NCBI GenBank assembly: GCA_039028615.1
Contig: JBCCHT010000014.1
Location: 64,001 to 128,000 of the forward strand
Length of the DNA stretch: 64,000 nucleotides
Source: Myxococcota bacterium
Lineage (GTDB): Bacteria > Myxococcota_A > Polyangia > Nannocystales > Nannocystaceae
Direction: 5' to 3'
The notes under the pieces are model-generated. The model saw only the letters and a program-made list of their open reading frames with translations, searched no databases and was not told where the DNA came from. Numbering within the stretch: position 1 is the stretch's first letter; every line of letters starts with the position of its first letter. Position numbers and translations under genes: made by a program. Positions 58,488 through 64,000 of the stretch are shown piece by piece.

Positions 58488-60575
58488 TCAGTCGACGCCT
58501 TCCAGCAGCATCAGCTCCTGGCAGGCCGCCCCGTCGCGGCCGCCGTCGGGACAACGGCTCTGCAACACCGCCCGAGCGGTGGAGGCCTCACGTTCGCTCA
58601 CCAGGAACCGGGCCATGAGCACCGCCGCGGTATCGGCCAGTTGCTTCGCCGCCGCGCCCAAGGCAGGGTCCTTTGCGGCGCAGGCGACCCAGTTTCGCAT
58701 CGCGGCCACGTGTTTGCGCGCCACCGCGCCGCGATCGGCCGGGTGGAACGCCACCACCGCCCCCACGCTCTGGTTGAACTCCAGGGCCAGCGAGTGCAGG
58801 CAGGTCGCCGCCCTCGAAGCGGGCGCCGATCCCATCGGGGGGTCCCACTGCGCCTCGGAGTAGTCCGGGGCGAAGCTCGGCTCGCGATCCCCCACAACGA
58901 CCTCGAGGGTCAGCGCGGGTCCGGCCGTCCGCACCCGCGCCTCGACCGGGTTGGACTGCGTGAGCGCGCGACCCAGGCCCTCCCCTCGCATCCACAGCGA
59001 CATCAGGGCGTCTGGAGCGGCCCCCTCGGCCGACAGATCGAACGCGGCCGCCGGATCGACCCCTTGGCTCACGACCAGCGCGGGCCGGCCCCCGATCGGC
59101 TCCGACGACGACCGAAACGCGCCTTGCCCTCCCATGTCCCGCATCACCGCCTCCACGACCTCCGATGCGGGGAGCTGCGCGCCCGTCATCGCGACCGCCA
59201 TTCCGCCGGTTTGATCGACCGACGGGACCACCAAGTGCAGCGCATCCACGCCGAACCCGTCCGCCACCACGCCGGGGGACAACGTCTTCATCGCCGCCAT
59301 CGGCCAGCGCAGCGCGGCGAAGGCCGGGCACGTGTCGCCGCAGTCGTAGAACACCTCGGCCAGCTGCCCCGGGCGCATTCCGTGCAGGTCGTGCGCCTGT
59401 GCCCGCTCCAGCGTACCGGCCAGGTCCCCCGCCAGCGCGAGCGCCAGGTCGACATCGGGTCGACGGGGCGCCACGACGCCGGGATTGGCCGCAAAGGCAC
59501 CCCACAGCTCGCGCCCCCGCGGGGTCAGGCTCGCCACCACGGTCATCTGCAGCCCGGCCGCGTCACTGCTCACGCCCACCGACCAATCGTCGAACTCCGC
59601 GAGATCATCGGGGGTCGCGACATCGACGGTGGCCGCGATGGAGGCCCCCTTGGCGATGATCGAGGGGCGGTCCTTGGCCTCCACGAAGTCTGCGGCCTGC
59701 CCCATGTAGTACAGGCCGATCCACACGCCCGTCGCTCGCAGTCGCCACGGCCGGACCAAGGCCGCGGCCGCATGTCGCTCGTCGAGCGCGTGACGCATCG
59801 CCGGGGTGTCGACCCGCGGGTGCTCATCGACGTCCAGGTGGGATCGAAGCTCGCCCGCATCCCGGATGCCTCGCCCCTCGTGCAGCACGACCATGCGCAC
59901 GTGCTCCTCCTCGGGCACCAGGGCGACGAAGCTCTGAAACGGGGCCCGCGGCGACAGCTCCAAGCCGACCGCGCCCGGCAACCCCTCCACCAACGCGGGC
60001 GCGGGGCGACTGCTCGCCGACCACCACTGCTCCAGGCTGGCCATCAGCGCGTCCCGATCGGTCGCGGGCACCACCACCTGGTGTCGCATCGGGGGCATCG
60101 CGAGCTCGAGCGACACGAGCCCGGCCGTCGCGACACCCGGCGGGCCGTCCACCGGGGCCTCGTAGGCAGAGACCACGATGGGGCGACTCGTGTCCCGCCC
60201 CTCCCACTGCGGCCGCGGCAGCGCCTGCGGTAGCTCCAGCCGCGGGGTCATGCCCCACACGAAGTCGGCGCCGTCCTCCGCGTCCACCAGGGCTCCCGCC
60301 GCGCCGATGACGGGCGGCGACAGGAACTGGGGGATCCGCTCTCGGGTCTCGCCCCACGCCTGGTCGTGCAGCACGATCACCAGGGGCGCGCCGTCGCCGA
60401 CCGCGTGCACGAGCGTCTCGGTGGTCGTGCGGGCGTCCTTCGCCCCTTCCGCCTCCACTGCGGCCTCGGGTTCTTCTCGGTGCAGAGGCCCGCGACTGAG
60501 CCCCAGCCCGCCCGGCCGACACCCGGCTGCGAGCGTGAAAACGACGAGGGCTCCAAGCGTTGTCCGGCGACGCAC
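58488..60575 (-). CDS. Hypothetical lipoprotein
   Basis: MRRRTTLGALVVFTLAAGC; 695-aa ORF. Confidence 0.75.
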   Translation of the reverse strand: MRRRTTLGALVVFTLAAGCRPGGLGLSRGPLHREEPEAAVEAEGAKDARTTTETLVHAVGDGAPLVIVLHDQAWGETRERIPQFLSPPVIGAAGALVDAEDGADFVWGMTPRLELPQALPRPQWEGRDTSRPIVVSAYEAPVDGPPGVATAGLVSLELAMPPMRHQVVVPATDRDALMASLEQWWSASSRPAPALVEGLPGAVGLELSPRAPFQSFVALVPEEEHVRMVVLHEGRGIRDAGELRSHLDVDEHPRVDTPAMRHALDERHAAAALVRPWRLRATGVWIGLYYMGQAADFVEAKDRPSIIAKGASIAATVDVATPDDLAEFDDWSVGVSSDAAGLQMTVVASLTPRGRELWGAFAANPGVVAPRRPDVDLALALAGDLAGTLERAQAHDLHGMRPGQLAEVFYDCGDTCPAFAALRWPMAAMKTLSPGVVADGFGVDALHLVVPSVDQTGGMAVAMTGAQLPASEVVEAVMRDMGGQGAFRSSSEPIGGRPALVVSQGVDPAAAFDLSAEGAAPDALMSLWMRGEGLGRALTQSNPVEARVRTAGPALTLEVVVGDREPSFAPDYSEAQWDPPMGSAPASRAATCLHSLALEFNQSVGAVVAFHPADRGAVARKHVAAMRNWVACAAKDPALGAAAKQLADTAAVLMARFLVSEREASTARAVLQSRCPDGGRDGAACQELMLLEGVD

Positions 60576-60722
60576 CGGACGATGGTGCCACGGCTCCGCG
60601 CTCGACTCCGAACGCGTATTGCGCGGGTTTCCGACCGTGCAACGCCCTACTCAGGCCTCGGTCACAGGACGGGTCCGGCCGGCGTCGCGGCGCGAGGGCT
60701 CGCTGCGTGGTATCTCGTGCAG

Positions 60723-61679
<957 letters not shown>

Positions 61680-61688
61680 ACCCCTCGG

Positions 61689-63278
61689 CTACTTCGAGAA
61701 CTCGAGGTTGTCGAGCATCCAGCGGGTGCCGGTCTCGTTGAGTCCGGCGTAGTGGATGGAGACGGCCTCGACGTCGGTGACGTCGGCGTCGAAGGCCTCG
61801 AGCGGGATGCGCACGGTGTTCATCGGCGACTTGCTGTAGTCGCCAACCGGCTCGTAGAGGGGCTTGAACACCGCATAGTCGGGCTCGGGGATCTCGACGT
61901 AGTCCTCGGAATCGACGAAGTCGGACCACACCCCGTTGGACTTGATTCGGAAGCTCAGAGACACCGAACCGGCCAGCCCATATCCCTGAATCTTGCCGGC
62001 TCGCACGGACAGCACATCGAACCAGCTCATGTCCTGGACGTTGGCGGGAATGTCCCAGGTGAGGTGCTCACCGATGAACTCTGGCTGCACCACCAAGACC
62101 TGGGTGTCGCCGTGCGGCACGGTCTCGTCCAGGGTGTACGCCGGCTGGCCATACAGGACTTCGCCATTGCCGAAGGTGCTCACGCTCCCCCCAATGGTGC
62201 TCGTCTCGAGAGTCGGCCCTTCGAAGTTGTCGACCACCCGACGACTTTGCCACTGACCGTCTTGGTATTGCGTGTAGGGGGTCCAGTTGCCAGCGGTGGA
62301 CGGCGGCACGAGGTTGTCGGTGACCCAGGGCTTGTATTCGTCCTGCCCCCACAACCGCCAACGCAAGGCCGCATTGATATAGCCGCTGGTCGCCTTCATT
62401 TGCTTTGACACGATCGAGGTCGGCGGGGCGGAGAACTGCTGATGTCGCCAGCCGTGGACGAACTTCATGCTCTTGGTCACGGAGGGCCAGAAGGTGGGGC
62501 TGTACTCGCTCCCAATGGCATCGTACTGACCGAAGACGGTCGCCTGAACATCGTTGGGTTCCGCGGGGAGTCGTCGACCGGTGATGTCCTCGTCCCGCGA
62601 TCCGTAAAGCGCCATGAAGAACGGACTCGCGTCGTGGGAGAACGTCGCCGACTCGAGGTAGGCCGGGGCCATCGCGATGACCGCCTGCACCACGTAGGGC
62701 AGGCCTTGCTGGTGAATCAGGCGTGCCGTGTAGCTGGCCGTGAGCCCGCCTTGGCTGTGCCCTGCGCTGACGATCGAGTCGGCATCCAGGGCGAAGGCCA
62801 AGGGCCACTCGGCGAATACGTAGTCCAGATACCCGATGACGCGTTGCGCTCGTTCCGTGATCCACTCGTGATCGATCGAGTTGCTACCCGGGCTGAGCAC
62901 GGCCACAGCAAAGCCGTGGCTCGCGAGGTGGTTACCGATATGGTGGTAGGACTCCTCCGTGTACACAGGGAGCCCTCCCGCGGCCTTGTCGAGCAGGATG
63001 AGCGGCGAGTCCATGATCGGCATCCCGGCCACGCAATCGACGGGCCAGAAGATCCGCCCGCGAACGAGCGGGTCGGTGCGGGACTCCGGGCGATCGAAGT
63101 CCTCGTGCATCTGACAGTACGGGCCATCCAGCGCCGGGTCGTCGACATAGGACACATCCCGGAACGACACGGGATCCACCTGCTCGTCCCACAGCTCGGG
63201 CTCGGCTTCGTCGCAGGAGACGACTCCGAGCGCAAGGGGAAGCAGCAGACCCAGGGTCGACAAACGGGAGCGTGGCAT
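61689..63278 (-). CDS. Exported alpha/beta hydrolase with C-terminal beta-sandwich domain
   Basis: VVSC lipobox; LASHGFAV, GHSQGG, YGSRDED; start 63278 or 63317. Confidence 0.8.
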   Translation of the reverse strand: MPRSRLSTLGLLLPLALGVVSCDEAEPELWDEQVDPVSFRDVSYVDDPALDGPYCQMHEDFDRPESRTDPLVRGRIFWPVDCVAGMPIMDSPLILLDKAAGGLPVYTEESYHHIGNHLASHGFAVAVLSPGSNSIDHEWITERAQRVIGYLDYVFAEWPLAFALDADSIVSAGHSQGGLTASYTARLIHQQGLPYVVQAVIAMAPAYLESATFSHDASPFFMALYGSRDEDITGRRLPAEPNDVQATVFGQYDAIGSEYSPTFWPSVTKSMKFVHGWRHQQFSAPPTSIVSKQMKATSGYINAALRWRLWGQDEYKPWVTDNLVPPSTAGNWTPYTQYQDGQWQSRRVVDNFEGPTLETSTIGGSVSTFGNGEVLYGQPAYTLDETVPHGDTQVLVVQPEFIGEHLTWDIPANVQDMSWFDVLSVRAGKIQGYGLAGSVSLSFRIKSNGVWSDFVDSEDYVEIPEPDYAVFKPLYEPVGDYSKSPMNTVRIPLEAFDADVTDVEAVSIHYAGLNETGTRWMLDNLEFSK

Positions 63279-63342
63279 CTCGATCGACAGGGTCCACATC
63301 CCCCCCGATCGGATCACGACCGATGAGCCACCGCGGCGAAGC

Positions 63343-63999
63343 TCAGGCCTTGGCCCGGCGCACGAGTTCGGCGCGAATCAGCTCGAGTGCGGCCGGCAGG
63401 CGCTTGCGCGGGATGTTGACCCGGGTCGGCATGCCGCCGCCCAGCTCCAGCATCTGCACGAAATCCAGCCCGCTCTCGAAGGGCGCGGCGATGGTGGCGT
63501 TGCCCGAGTCGAGCACCACGCTGACGGTGGCCTTGGTCTGCCCCAGCAGCAGCAGCTCGGTCTTGTCGAAGGGCGGCGTAGACCCGCCGACCTCGATGAA
63601 CGCCACGTCGCCCTCGATCTCGTAGCCCTCGGACAGCTCGACCGCCACCCGGGCCATGCGCTCGAAGTCCTCGGCGGCGGCGATGATGCTGTCGCGCTCG
63701 ACGCCCGGCTTCATCCCGCTCACGAGGTAGCGAACGATGCGCAGCTTGAGGGTGTGGTCGACCCAGTGGGCCCGCAGGGCCTTGTCGATGCGGTTGGCCT
63801 CGGACGAGGCCTCGCCGATGCGAGTGTCGATGGCCCGCGCGTCGTCGTCGGCCCCTGCGTAGGGCTCGCGCCCGCCGAGGATCCACTTGGCGGCGGCGTA
63901 CAGACCATCGAGATCGAAGTGACAGACGATGGTGTCGACGGGGCCCGTGGCCTGGACCATGGCCGGGTCGATCATCTCGGGGCACGCCCCGTGCTCGGC
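63343..63999 (-). CDS. DHH-phosphoesterase-like protein, 5'-truncated by the window edge
   Basis: CHFDLDG motif and C-terminal GGG; frame open to the window end. Confidence 0.55.
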   Translation of the reverse strand, partial: AEHGACPEMIDPAMVQATGPVDTIVCHFDLDGLYAAAKWILGGREPYAGADDDARAIDTRIGEASSEANRIDKALRAHWVDHTLKLRIVRYLVSGMKPGVERDSIIAAAEDFERMARVAVELSEGYEIEGDVAFIEVGGSTPPFDKTELLLLGQTKATVSVVLDSGNATIAAPFESGLDFVQMLELGGGMPTRVNIPRKRLPAALELIRAELVRRAKA

Positions 64000-64000
64000 C

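Overview
GC-rich bacterial chromosomal window. Gene content (Ser/Thr kinase-TPR plus ECF sigma pair, FHA-AAA+ activator, 3554-aa TPR protein, Cys-rich and K/D/E-rich lipoproteins) points to a myxobacterium, probably Nannocystaceae-like; this is inferred from content only. About 42 protein genes are supportable: core genes (polA, cca, lapA/lapB-like, dnaE, ndk, rlmN, rlmB-like, rph, rdgB, lipA, a DnaJ-class chaperone, a B12-radical SAM protein), two tRNAs (Pro-TGG, Arg-TCT) and small accessory modules. I saw no transposase, integrase, CRISPR array or rRNA. The strongest unexplained signals are non-coding. (1) A 914-bp element at 18539-19452 with ~297-bp inverted arms, each holding a nested 13-bp inverted repeat and a terminal hairpin. 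(2) A conserved bipartite motif GGGGAACAGC-N12-CGGACWGCC upstream of both the kinase and a repeat/peptidase-S74 fibre-like gene, suggesting a mini-regulon of the local anti-sigma-less ECF. (3) A sigma54/IHF-like promoter and structured leader ahead of a 55-aa KKDE-repeat lipoprotein. All calls come from reading motifs by eye; several start codons were reassigned from the ORF track and are approximate.
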